Shown here: piece by piece, positions 36,061 through 46,100 of the stretch
How the letters are laid out: each line of letters opens with the position of its first letter
Numbering within the stretch: position 1 is the stretch's first letter
Assembly (NCBI GenBank): GCA_038848185.1
Contig: JAWCNV010000010.1
Span: forward strand, 1,361 to 65,360
Direction: 5' to 3'
Origin: Thermoproteota archaeon
GTDB taxonomy: Archaea; Thermoproteota; EX4484-205; JAAOZP01
DNA: 64,000 nt
The notes under the pieces: model-generated
The model's database searches: none
Told to the model about the DNA's origin: nothing
Seen by the model: only the letters and a program-made list of their open reading frames with translations
Position numbers and translations under genes: made by a program

Positions 36061-37993
36061 TGAGGAATAGCGCTAGGTTCCAGCCAACCATTATTCCAAC
36101 TGCAAGTGGAAGCCCCTTGTTCTCCCAGAGCGGGACTCCGCCTACTCTGAATGTTATCTTCTTGAGTACGTATGCGATCGTCCAGCTTGTTAGCATGAAG
36201 GTGTTGACTCCTGCCACACCGGCCCATACTCCTATGGGGTCGAGTGGGAACTTGAACCATAGCATTCTTGCTAAGTATATGACAACTATTACTATTCCGC
36301 CAGCTATAGCTGACCAGACCCAATTCCAGTCGGGCGACGGGTACTGCTGCATCCTAGTGGGATCATGGAGCATGTACATCCACCATCCATCCGTAGTTAG
36401 GCTCCTGTAGAGTTTTGATCCAAACATGTGTCTGAGCTGGAGTGCGAGTGGGAATGAGACTATTGCGGAGACCACCATTGAAATGGTCATTGCTATAGCT
36501 ATATCGCGGAGGTTCGTGCCAGTAGCCTTTGCTATTCTGAATGTAATCATGACGTCAGAGTTATTTGTCCAGTTGAGAACGTTCTGGGGTCTATTTATCA
36601 TAAGGTAGTCATTCACCATAGGTGCCGTAACCTTGCTTGCAGTTACACCCGTATACATCCAGTTGATCCAGCCTGGAGACTCCATCCAGTCGCCGAGCCA
36701 TGGGCCTCCGTAACCAGCGCTTCGCGCACGTACGCTCCCATGAAGGAAATGCACGAAAATTATCATGCCTGCCCCTAGGAGGCTGGTTGCACCTATTTCG
36801 ACATTTGCAACAAATAGGAGCACTATTGCCACAAAAAATATGATGCAGCTGAACCTGAAGGGTATCGGTTCTTGAGCATCCACCTTAGGGTCAGGTTTAC
36901 GAGCCCACTTTAATGTTTGAACAAGGTAACGCCAGTTTAAGACAATCCATGTCAATATTATTGCGGTAACCATGCCGTATGATGCCATGGCATAGAAGTA
37001 GAATGGTGCTCCCTGTCCCAGCACATCTCGCTTGGTAGTTACCTCCGAGACTGTTAAGGCAGTCGAGTAGTAGCCAAAGTAATAAGCTATCTGAGGAAGG
37101 ACGATCATGAATACTATGTTAGAGATAATTCCTGAGAGCAGTATATCCGTAGGTATCAGGTAGGCGAAAGCTATTGCTGAAGGATTGAACTGTAAGCCGT
37201 TCAGACCTACCAGCGTCTCCTTAAGTGGCGTTTTAGTAGTATCTATAGTGAAGAGAGCCCAAGATATCCAGGGGTCCTTTCCCAAACCATATATGTCTGG
37301 GAACCATGGGAACACATATTTCAAAGCCTGCGGCAGGAATATCAGAAAGCCTATTATACCGCCTATCAAGAGAAGTAGCCTCCTTCCCTTCCTTTCCTCA
37401 GCCTTTGAAAGGTCCATAATAAGTTCAGTGCCCGTGTATGAGGAAGGATATGGAAGCGCTTCCACATCCATCCATTGGCGCCTATAAATACTCATTAGAC
37501 TGAGCATGAAGACCCACCATAGTATTGAAAGCAGTATCCATCCTGAGAGCGCAGGCAGATATTCTCCCCACGGTACTTCAACTCCTCCTTTAAGCTGGAG
37601 ACGTGCAATATCCAATGTTGGACCCCAGAGCATTGAGAACCATTGCCTCCACTGGGGGTTGTATAATCTTGAAGTCAACATGTTATCAAGTATACCCATG
37701 GGGACATTTCCATAGGAGTACATGACCGTGACTGTGAATGTAGCCCAGAGTACTGTGAGAAGCTTCGCATTTATCTTCTTCAGCCTCGGGAGCCCCTCCC
37801 CCAGAAGTAGAAGTATACTTAGGATTATCAGGCCTATGTTTCCAGGGCTGAAAGTACTGCCTCCCACCCAGCTTGGGCTGAAAGCGGTCACCGTTATGCT
37901 GAATGCTGAGAGAATTGCTGCTATAATCGCTGTGATAACCATCATCAAAGGAGTCATTATTCTTGAGGGAACTTCAGCCGCTTCTTCGGCCAT
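36020..37993 (-). CDS. Polytopic Trp-rich membrane protein, subfamily P2 (cassette B)
   Basis: 657 aa; MAEEAAEVPS start; VEALPYPSSYTG motif; C-terminal GGVPLWENKGLPLAVGIMVGWNLALFLSAVLGIIRFFFPF homologous to 18044-20032. Confidence 0.65.
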   Translation of the reverse strand: MAEEAAEVPSRIMTPLMMVITAIIAAILSAFSITVTAFSPSWVGGSTFSPGNIGLIILSILLLLGEGLPRLKKINAKLLTVLWATFTVTVMYSYGNVPMGILDNMLTSRLYNPQWRQWFSMLWGPTLDIARLQLKGGVEVPWGEYLPALSGWILLSILWWVFMLSLMSIYRRQWMDVEALPYPSSYTGTELIMDLSKAEERKGRRLLLLIGGIIGFLIFLPQALKYVFPWFPDIYGLGKDPWISWALFTIDTTKTPLKETLVGLNGLQFNPSAIAFAYLIPTDILLSGIISNIVFMIVLPQIAYYFGYYSTALTVSEVTTKRDVLGQGAPFYFYAMASYGMVTAIILTWIVLNWRYLVQTLKWARKPDPKVDAQEPIPFRFSCIIFFVAIVLLFVANVEIGATSLLGAGMIIFVHFLHGSVRARSAGYGGPWLGDWMESPGWINWMYTGVTASKVTAPMVNDYLMINRPQNVLNWTNNSDVMITFRIAKATGTNLRDIAIAMTISMVVSAIVSFPLALQLRHMFGSKLYRSLTTDGWWMYMLHDPTRMQQYPSPDWNWVWSAIAGGIVIVVIYLARMLWFKFPLDPIGVWAGVAGVNTFMLTSWTIAYVLKKITFRVGGVPLWENKGLPLAVGIMVGWNLALFLSAVLGIIRFFFPF

Positions 37994-38107
37994 TTTTTAC
38001 ATCGTTGATAAAAAATGACTTGCTGTATATAAAACTTACCTTCGTGAAATATTTATGTTCGCTTCATTCAGCGGATTGCAATATTACGTTTAAACTAGGT
38101 TGAGGTT

Positions 38108-41100
38108 TTACATTCTCGGAGGTGCTTTATGAGCCGAGGGTCTTCTTTTAGTCCAATCTATCGCGATATCATAGACTAGTTTCATCACTCTTTCTCTTAT
38201 TACCTCAGGCATACCTTCCTGCTCAGCTGTTGAATGGAGATACATTCTGAACCATTCTTCACCCGGCTTACACTCCAACCTTATCTTATTAGACATAGAG
38301 AAGGTTTTGCCTCTCTGTACAAACACGTACCTGAAGCCGAGCAAATACATTTCAGTTCCATCCGGTGTCTTCACGTTCTCTATTTGACCCAGATCCTCTA
38401 CCCTCTCAGAGAATCCTCCAGTGCGTTCCTTAAGCCTGTCTTGAAGATGACCCGTTAGGAACTCAACTTCCTCCCTCCTAGCCTTTATGGGTATGGAGAG
38501 CACACGTTCACCATATGCCTTGTATATCTCCTCATGTCTCTTAACTTCCTCCTCTGGAGTTAGCTTAACCTTTCTCTTAAGCGAAGGCACAGCTAGGCTT
38601 GCTGCTTTCAAGGATGGTGGTATTGCGGAAGCTACGGATATGAGTAGACCCACTACAATGCTTAGCATACTGGCCTCCCAATGGAGGTTCTCAGAAATAC
38701 CGACTTGGATAAATCTTGAAACATAACTCATGGTTCTGAAGAAGCTTAAGCCCAACAAGTATCCGAAGCCTCCACCTAATAGGCCCATGGTTGCAGACTC
38801 CGCGATAAAGACTAGGGCTATGTGCATCGGGTTGAAGCCGAGAGTAGTATAGATGAATATCTCTCTCCGTCTCCTGTCAACGACATCATACATAAGCCTC
38901 ATTAAAAACATCATTAAGATTATTAGCGGTGGAAGTATGTCTAGGAACCGTATCTCAATCATCGTCCCCAGATAATAGTGTAGAATTTTACCTTCATGAC
39001 TAAGCCACACGTGGAATCCTCTTGCCCATGCTTGGGTTTGAATGAAACTCGTCACAGATGCATCTTCAGGATTATTGAATTCGATTATCAATCTCGAGAT
39101 TGAGATCGGTAGTGAATAGGGTTTTGACGAAAGCTCAAGTGCCTTTTGCAAGCTTAAGATTATCACTTGGGAGGCATTGCAATACGCTAACTTGCCCTCA
39201 ACAATGACTCTAGGAGTATAAGGTTCACCGTTTAACTCCTTCTTGTTGTTAAACTCATCATCGTTGAACACGCCGGCAACTTTCACTGGGACTTCGAATA
39301 CAAAGCCTCCGGAAGAGAACTTGAGCGTAACATTGTCGCCAGGTTTTACACGAAGGGTTTGAGCAGTAATATAGGAAACCATTATGGAATAATCGTTACT
39401 AATGTAACTTCCACTAGCCAGCTCAAGGCTAACATACTTCGTATCCAGCTCGGGGTTTATACCTATCATCCCGAGTAGCGAGGCCCTCCCGTTTTCAGAT
39501 ATGAGCTGAACGGAATATTGACCAATCGTGGGTAGTGACTCCATTTTCGGAGAAACAGACTTCACATTTGTCTCATTTCTAATCTGTGCCATAGTGATAA
39601 TGTCGATTGGTACAAATAAACCCTCTGTTTCTCCAATGTTCTTCATAAACACCCATTCTTCAGAAGAGCTTCCGACAGTCTCAGAGTTTAAGCCGAATAT
39701 TGAGGTTACTGACGTTAAAGTCGTGGCCATCGAGATAAGTATACAGATCGACACTATGATCAGGGTGGAACTGAACCTTCTGAGCTTCACATACCTCTTA
39801 CCAAGCGTGAACGCTACTGCTAGTGCAGACCTTAACGGGACCTTCGTTGGAGAACTTGCCTCGTGAATGATTTTTTGAAACAAAGACATGAATAGTAACC
39901 CGGAAAGGAATGCTGCTGAAACCGATAAGTAGAATAAGTTTGAGAACCTGGTTAGTATCAAAGGTATTCCTGGATAGAGATAGTAGAAGCATGCATTAAT
40001 TATTGTGAATGACAGGATGAAGAGGGGCAATCTAATTGTTAGCTTGCTTTTCTCCGTGATGAAGAGGGTAAGCATGATGGAAAACACGGTTAAGAATATG
40101 GGTAGGAGCAAGGCGCCTTTCTCAGCAATATTCTTCATGCCTTCAATCTCGTTAACAATATATCTTGTAGCATAGACATATGCTTCCCTAAGTTTTCCCT
40201 GAAGTTCAACCGATATTTCACCGTAATTTATCTTTTCTCTGGCTTCCACTATCCTATCATCAACCTTTTCCTTAGCATCACCCTTAAGAGACGATAAGAA
40301 GAAACCGAATCTCTCAGCCTCATATATTTTCTCCCACATTAATTTGGAGGCTTCTTCAACTTTTGACAAAGACCATGAGTATGCAGATATTGTTATGTCA
40401 ATACTCTCAAGAGCACCCTGGTGCAGGGTGAAGGGCTTGTCACCATTCCTTACGATGAAGGTTTGGTCAATAACTCCAGGTTGTGAAGCGATCACTCTAA
40501 GCTCGATAGGTCTATTCGCAGGGACGATAACTATTGTCCAGTAGCTGGTTGAGATCACTGGGCTGAGCCAGTTGGGGTTAACGAAGTATGATGTAACATT
40601 GTCCCCGTAGAATGGAGTATAATCTCCAATATTGGGGTCTATTGCGCTGTTAAGAACCTCGCCACTCTCTGGGTCGATAACCTGAACTTTCAGAGAAGTC
40701 GAGTACCTTGCCGTGAAAATGTTCCATGCCTCGCCAGTTATGTTTAAGGCTGCTCCAGGTACAAGCCTTAAGTCTAACTCTATCGTTTCTCCAGGCTCCG
40801 GGAAAAGGGTTTTTTCTACGGTGGATGGTGCAAAAACCATGAACCCGTTCTCCTCCTTGTATGCATATACTCTGTATGAATGTGGAAAGCCTGATTCAAC
40901 CTCCAGCTCATAGTATCCTGCGGAGTCTGTCTCCAGAACGGCGAGCAGTCTCTGCCGATACCAGTCTATTATCACTACGGAAACGCTTGACAGAGCATTC
41001 CCATTAACATCGGTTACTCTTCCACGTAGAACTGCTGTTTCACCCCCTGTCTGGGCTGAGACGCCTATTAACATGGTTCCGAGGAATAGGTAAAATGTCA

Positions 41101-41134
41101 GGATGGCTATTGTTCTTTTTCTCATTACTAACAC
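38108..41134 (-). CDS. Large membrane protein: signal/TM, carboxypeptidase-regulatory-like ectodomain, 3 TM, MacB/FtsX-type permease unit, non-ATPase cytoplasmic tail (cassette B 'M' subunit)
   Basis: 1008 aa; AVLRGRVTDVNGNALSSVSVVIID...AGYYELE (CarbopepD_reg-like); MacB TM1 KRYVKLRRFSSTLIIVSICILISMATTLTSV; FtsX core MYDVVDRRRREIFIYTTLGFNPMHIALVFIAESATMGLLGGGFGYLLGLSF; tail VEFLTGHLQDRLKE...FSERVEDLGQ homologous to VDFFTGYVITRLSE...FADRVEDLEE of 21716-24760. Confidence 0.7.
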   Translation of the reverse strand: MLVMRKRTIAILTFYLFLGTMLIGVSAQTGGETAVLRGRVTDVNGNALSSVSVVIIDWYRQRLLAVLETDSAGYYELEVESGFPHSYRVYAYKEENGFMVFAPSTVEKTLFPEPGETIELDLRLVPGAALNITGEAWNIFTARYSTSLKVQVIDPESGEVLNSAIDPNIGDYTPFYGDNVTSYFVNPNWLSPVISTSYWTIVIVPANRPIELRVIASQPGVIDQTFIVRNGDKPFTLHQGALESIDITISAYSWSLSKVEEASKLMWEKIYEAERFGFFLSSLKGDAKEKVDDRIVEAREKINYGEISVELQGKLREAYVYATRYIVNEIEGMKNIAEKGALLLPIFLTVFSIMLTLFITEKSKLTIRLPLFILSFTIINACFYYLYPGIPLILTRFSNLFYLSVSAAFLSGLLFMSLFQKIIHEASSPTKVPLRSALAVAFTLGKRYVKLRRFSSTLIIVSICILISMATTLTSVTSIFGLNSETVGSSSEEWVFMKNIGETEGLFVPIDIITMAQIRNETNVKSVSPKMESLPTIGQYSVQLISENGRASLLGMIGINPELDTKYVSLELASGSYISNDYSIMVSYITAQTLRVKPGDNVTLKFSSGGFVFEVPVKVAGVFNDDEFNNKKELNGEPYTPRVIVEGKLAYCNASQVIILSLQKALELSSKPYSLPISISRLIIEFNNPEDASVTSFIQTQAWARGFHVWLSHEGKILHYYLGTMIEIRFLDILPPLIILMMFLMRLMYDVVDRRRREIFIYTTLGFNPMHIALVFIAESATMGLLGGGFGYLLGLSFFRTMSYVSRFIQVGISENLHWEASMLSIVVGLLISVASAIPPSLKAASLAVPSLKRKVKLTPEEEVKRHEEIYKAYGERVLSIPIKARREEVEFLTGHLQDRLKERTGGFSERVEDLGQIENVKTPDGTEMYLLGFRYVFVQRGKTFSMSNKIRLECKPGEEWFRMYLHSTAEQEGMPEVIRERVMKLVYDIAIDWTKRRPSAHKAPPRM

Positions 41135-41142
41135 CTCTTAAA

Positions 41143-43107
41143 CTAGTATGGCAATAGCCATACCGATCTTCTCATTAGGAAGATTGCTGAATATAGAGTA
41201 TTCATCATACCATCCCCTAGCATAACTCCGATCACCATCATGTTTCGATACCTGTACCAACGATCCTTACCAATTATTTGCGAAAACAGTCTGCTGCCAA
41301 GTAGCGACCCTATTAGAAGCGCTTGCGACCATGCTATCGGATTTACTCCGCCAGCGTTCCACCAGAACCCGCCGCTTATGAAGGAAATTAGGAACCAAGG
41401 TGCGCGAAGCACCAAGTCCATCACCGCGTAAACTATTGAGCCTACAGCAAATGAGCCAAGGATGAGTTTATCGTCGAAGAAGCGTCCTGTCCATGTCCAT
41501 TGAAGATTTCTAACAAACTCTGCAGCCTCCGTGACCCATCCAGTAACAGTATAGGGGTACGCTTGCGACGGAAACGGCTGTATCGACCAGAACAGGTTGA
41601 CAAATAGGAAGCTGCTAAGCAGGCCCAATACAGCTACAAGTATAAACGCCTTAACATAGTTGCTGTGTCTGACTCCACAGATATCTGCCCCCCTAAGGGC
41701 CTGAGCTATATCCCCACCGCCTTGAAAGACCTGTATCGGTGCGAAAAGGATAAGTTGACTGGTAAACCCTGAATAGTGAACTATTAGTTCCTTCTGATAG
41801 GGGATGTTGAGGCTACCGTAGGTAACACCTGCTGAGAAGGTTGCTACAAATGATGCGAAGAAAGACCATCCCATAGTATATGCTATGATTAAAGGCAGGA
41901 TACCTATGAGATCAGGCACAAGTATAAGGTTCAGCCCTATAGAGCCCACGGTTGCAAGGAAGAAGATGCCGAGCAACAAGTAGGGGCTCGGCATTTTTCC
42001 ACCTATCTCGCCAACCGCCCTCATCTCCTTCAGAGTGTTGACGAGCCTCTTGAATACCGTTGGATGCAGGAGAAATGGTATGACTATAGTTGCAAGAGAC
42101 AGGCCTATGTGGATGCTTATGAAGAAGTAGATGACAGACCTGTCAAGTATTTGCCAGCTTTCCCAACTCTTTATTGCCTGAATATTAACTTCTGGTGGCC
42201 AAAGGTTCATGGCGGTGAACAAGTGTGTTCCAACAAAGTAGTATGCAAGAGAACCAAGAAACTGGGCTACGGCAACGCCCGGCGGGAGTAGGAAGCCCGC
42301 TACGTAATGCACCGGGTTGATCGAGACTGTGTAGGTTGCCCCTGGGAATAGATCCACTAGAAACCTTGTGAGGTCTATAGCCTGAGGTATTGAGGTGCCG
42401 CCTCCCCCAAGTATGTTGTAAATTACGTTTGGGATAAAGCTCCTAACAGTGTTTATAAGCACTCCCGCGACCGCGGACAGCATAAGGACTCTGAGCGTTG
42501 TCGGTTCCCTCTCTGCTAGGGTCAGCACTGTCCTAGCTTCAGCTGTGGCAGCTGGGAACTCTAGCTTTTGTACTCTAACATAGAGGGCGTAGGCGAAGTA
42601 TCCGATTGAAATATTCGCCATAACGTTGAATGTTATCGTGAGAACATTGAGGAGTATAGGTATTAGTAGGGCGGAGTCAAGCAGCACCCAGCTCTCCAAG
42701 TAGAGTCGGGATGCTAAAGAAGGGCTTGGAGCCCACCAGTCAGGTATTATGTTGGCTAAGCCGTATATTAAAGGGTATTCTGTGCTCCTAATGTACGTGT
42801 ATCTGATTGGAGCTAGGAAAGTCATGGGCAGGGCTCCCCACCAACCGGTGATCCCGCCGAGGGCACCTGTTATCCCTCCCAGAGCAGTTATGATGAAAGT
42901 TTCCTCCTTAGTAAGCGGGGAGCCCAGAAGCCTAGCTAACTGTGTCCATAGGAGTATGACTATCCACGCTTGGAACGGTAGCCATTGCCCGCTAACAAGG
43001 TATAGGTAAATTACTGCAGGCTGAATTATGAAGGAGCTGAAGATTATTGCTAGAACAGTCTTCCATGTTAATCCTTTTCCAAGCGCTTCTTGTTTCTCTT
43101 GAGCCAT
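41143..43107 (-). CDS. Polytopic Trp-rich membrane protein, subfamily P1 (cassette B)
   Basis: 654 aa; homolog of 16062-17942; QKLEFPAATAEART motif; C-terminal MLGDGMMNTLYSAIFLMRRSVWLLPY vs LSLGDGLFSTILRVLTLIGRSVWLKPY. Confidence 0.65.
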   Translation of the reverse strand: MAQEKQEALGKGLTWKTVLAIIFSSFIIQPAVIYLYLVSGQWLPFQAWIVILLWTQLARLLGSPLTKEETFIITALGGITGALGGITGWWGALPMTFLAPIRYTYIRSTEYPLIYGLANIIPDWWAPSPSLASRLYLESWVLLDSALLIPILLNVLTITFNVMANISIGYFAYALYVRVQKLEFPAATAEARTVLTLAEREPTTLRVLMLSAVAGVLINTVRSFIPNVIYNILGGGGTSIPQAIDLTRFLVDLFPGATYTVSINPVHYVAGFLLPPGVAVAQFLGSLAYYFVGTHLFTAMNLWPPEVNIQAIKSWESWQILDRSVIYFFISIHIGLSLATIVIPFLLHPTVFKRLVNTLKEMRAVGEIGGKMPSPYLLLGIFFLATVGSIGLNLILVPDLIGILPLIIAYTMGWSFFASFVATFSAGVTYGSLNIPYQKELIVHYSGFTSQLILFAPIQVFQGGGDIAQALRGADICGVRHSNYVKAFILVAVLGLLSSFLFVNLFWSIQPFPSQAYPYTVTGWVTEAAEFVRNLQWTWTGRFFDDKLILGSFAVGSIVYAVMDLVLRAPWFLISFISGGFWWNAGGVNPIAWSQALLIGSLLGSRLFSQIIGKDRWYRYRNMMVIGVMLGDGMMNTLYSAIFLMRRSVWLLPY

Positions 43108-43123
43108 TTCATCCTCCTCCTGT

Positions 43124-46100
43124 TTAAGCCTCCTTCTGTAATAGTTCCCCTAATTTTTCACCCTCCTTAATATAGTGTTCTCTCAGGCTTGGAGGCATTG
43201 TCCTCCATATGAGAAGCTGTCTGCGCTGAGTATCTATGAACGCTTTGTTAGAGGTTATCCAGTTCTTCGTAATGCCGCTTCTTCTAACGAAGTATAGGGT
43301 CAAAGTATATCTTTTCATCTGGGACACGGCTTCCACATCAAAATCCTCCACTATTGCAAGGTCGAACGGTGCAAGCCTTATTCTAGAGTGTAGCCTTTTA
43401 ACCACTTTATCGCCCTCCCTCTGCTCGCTGAAACTTATTTCCTCAGGTGCAAATAGCCCTGTCTTCTCAAGACCGCTATAGGCTTGGAGAAACTCTTTTA
43501 TGAATGCAAGTATACCCATTAGTTCCCTTTCACTTGTAGCCACGAAGGGAAGCGGCACGGTCCAGTAGTCACCAACCGGCTCCGGGATTTTCCATTTACG
43601 TTCAAGACTGGGTGTCACAAGCTGCCACGCTTTTAAAGCGGGATAAAGCGTCGCCACAAGTTGTATAAAGATGGCGAGCAATATGACGATGAATATGAAG
43701 GATGAAGCGAAATTGGGGAAGAACTCAGTAAAATTATAGAAGCCAAGCCTTGTCATCGCCGATATGCCGACGATTCCAAACACGTAGCCAAGTACACTGC
43801 TCAACAAGCCATAGACAATGGATTCTGACAGGAATATTCCTGCTGTCTGGCTTGGAGAAGCCCCGACCACGACGTAGACCGAAACCGATTTTATTCTTTC
43901 ATAGAGTGTTCCAATTGTTATGTTCAGTATTGATATCCCAGCTATTATTAGAGGTATGATAAGGGTCTCAGCACCCATGAAGGTAAACCAAGACCTAGCT
44001 GTAAGCTCCCAAACATCCCCCATGGTCCAGCCCTCTAGGCTGGTATACTTAGTTAAACCATAGATGATATATGTGTCGAGCCTATAGACGAGTTCACGTG
44101 CAAAAGGCTCTATTTCAGAATCGTTGAAAGGTTTAATTGCGATACTCATAAGCTGTAGGGAGGATGGACCGAATAATTTTATAGCGAGGTCGAACGGTAT
44201 GATGGTGACCTCGTCGCCAAGCAGGTGTGGCGGGACTGCCCCTATGCCTGTCCCGATTACAATAGGGTCCTTAGGTGTTATTGGCTCCCCATCCAAATCT
44301 ATAAGCCCGCTGGTAAAACCCATCTCTTCGGCACCACCACCGTAGAGCGCGCTACCGTCAAACAGCCCTATTACAGTGAGATTAAGCCCCCAGATTGCTA
44401 TCTGGCTTCCCGGCCCTATCGTAGAATTCAGTTCTTCAGAGAGCCTAGACGCCAATGATTGGCTTATGAGTATGGAGTATAGCTCTCCAGAGTAGAACCA
44501 TCTTCCTCTAACCCCTATTCTGCTCCATATCCCTGTAACTGATTGCTCTTCAGGAGCCATTGCAAGTACTGCATAGACTCTGGCTAATTGTTTGGAAGCG
44601 TTCCAGTATATGTAAGCCCTACCGCCTGATCCAGCTGGGGGATAATACCAGCCTCTCGGAACGACATAAGCCCTGTCACTTAGCTCATACTCCAGCTGGT
44701 ATAATAGTTCTATTGGTATAGCCGTCCAAGGTCTCTGTCTTACTAATATGCCGCTATAGGAGACAGGTATATCGACATTCTTCTCCATTCCCATGGGAGC
44801 GACCTTTCTAGGCTCCGCGACGGATGTTAGTGAGGTGAAAGTTATGAGGGCGAATGTTATTAGAGTTGTTGATGTTAACGTTAGTATTGTTCTAAAGGGT
44901 CTTTTCTTCATCCACTGCACACCTAAACCTAAAGCTGTTGTTAGGAGTGCGCTTGTTGTCGAGGCGGCTGCATGTACTCCTAAGATTTTTGAACTTACTA
45001 TTCTGGTGCTTGTTGAAGCCTCGGTGTATAGAAAGGTTAATAGGATGACTATAAGGGAAGCGACACCCAAGCTTATCAATATCATTAACAAGTTGTTTGC
45101 AAGATGAAAACTTGGATGAAATAAGAGTAGCAGTATAGTCAGCGCCATCGTAATTAATATTACTCCGCTTGCCCTCTTTAAACCCGAATACCCGAGTATG
45201 AGCCTTTCAAAGACGTATGCAAAGGGCAATAGTAGCAAGAAGAAGAGGGCTGTCGTGGCTATTACGTTTTCAACAAGAATTCTTGTTTCAGCATATGCCT
45301 TCTGCTCATAGCTCCAAACTGGGTATGATAAGCCGTATGCTTTCGAGTATTGATTCTCATTCAGTGAGACAAGGGCATCATCAAGGTATCTTTTTGAAAG
45401 ACTGTGGTAGAGAAGTATCATGGGGTTGATTACCCCATAGCTCATTGATGTTGAAACTCTAGCATCATTCAGGGAGAAGAGTCCCTCCGCGCATGCAAGC
45501 GGACCATAGTTTACTATGATTGCTTCCCCTTTCTCTCTAACCCTATACCCACTGAGGCTCCTCATATCCTTGCCAGTGAGATTAGCTAGAACACTCCAGA
45601 CCATTCCTGTTCCACTATGGTATATCACTATCTCTATTGGTTCTCCAACTTCTGTAAAGAATACGTGGTCTCCAAAGACGGTCGACCCTGTCCACTTGCT
45701 CCAACGCACAGGATAGCCATGGGAGAAAGCGTTGTAAGCTGTGGGATTTAACGAGCTAGACAGGTCCCTCGGGTTTAGCACACCCTGAAGCACGATTGAG
45801 CCGCATTCAAATAGGGGTGCGTAAGCCCAGATGTTAGAGGCAGTTATTGCAACATCTGTTCTAGCTATTCTTCCTCCCGCACCGAACCTGTAACCCCAGT
45901 CTAGGGCCATATAGACTGCTCCGTTAGACGAGTTAACGGCCAAGGCGAAGAAATAAGTCGGAGCATTCTGGCCTGTGTATGGCTTCAGACCCTTGATTGT
46001 TGCTACACCATTCTCATCAGGCTTCACTATTACTGAGAAGGTTCCGGTTGCCCCAGAACCTAGGCACTCGGTTCCTGTGGTAACCCCTTGGAAGGAGCCT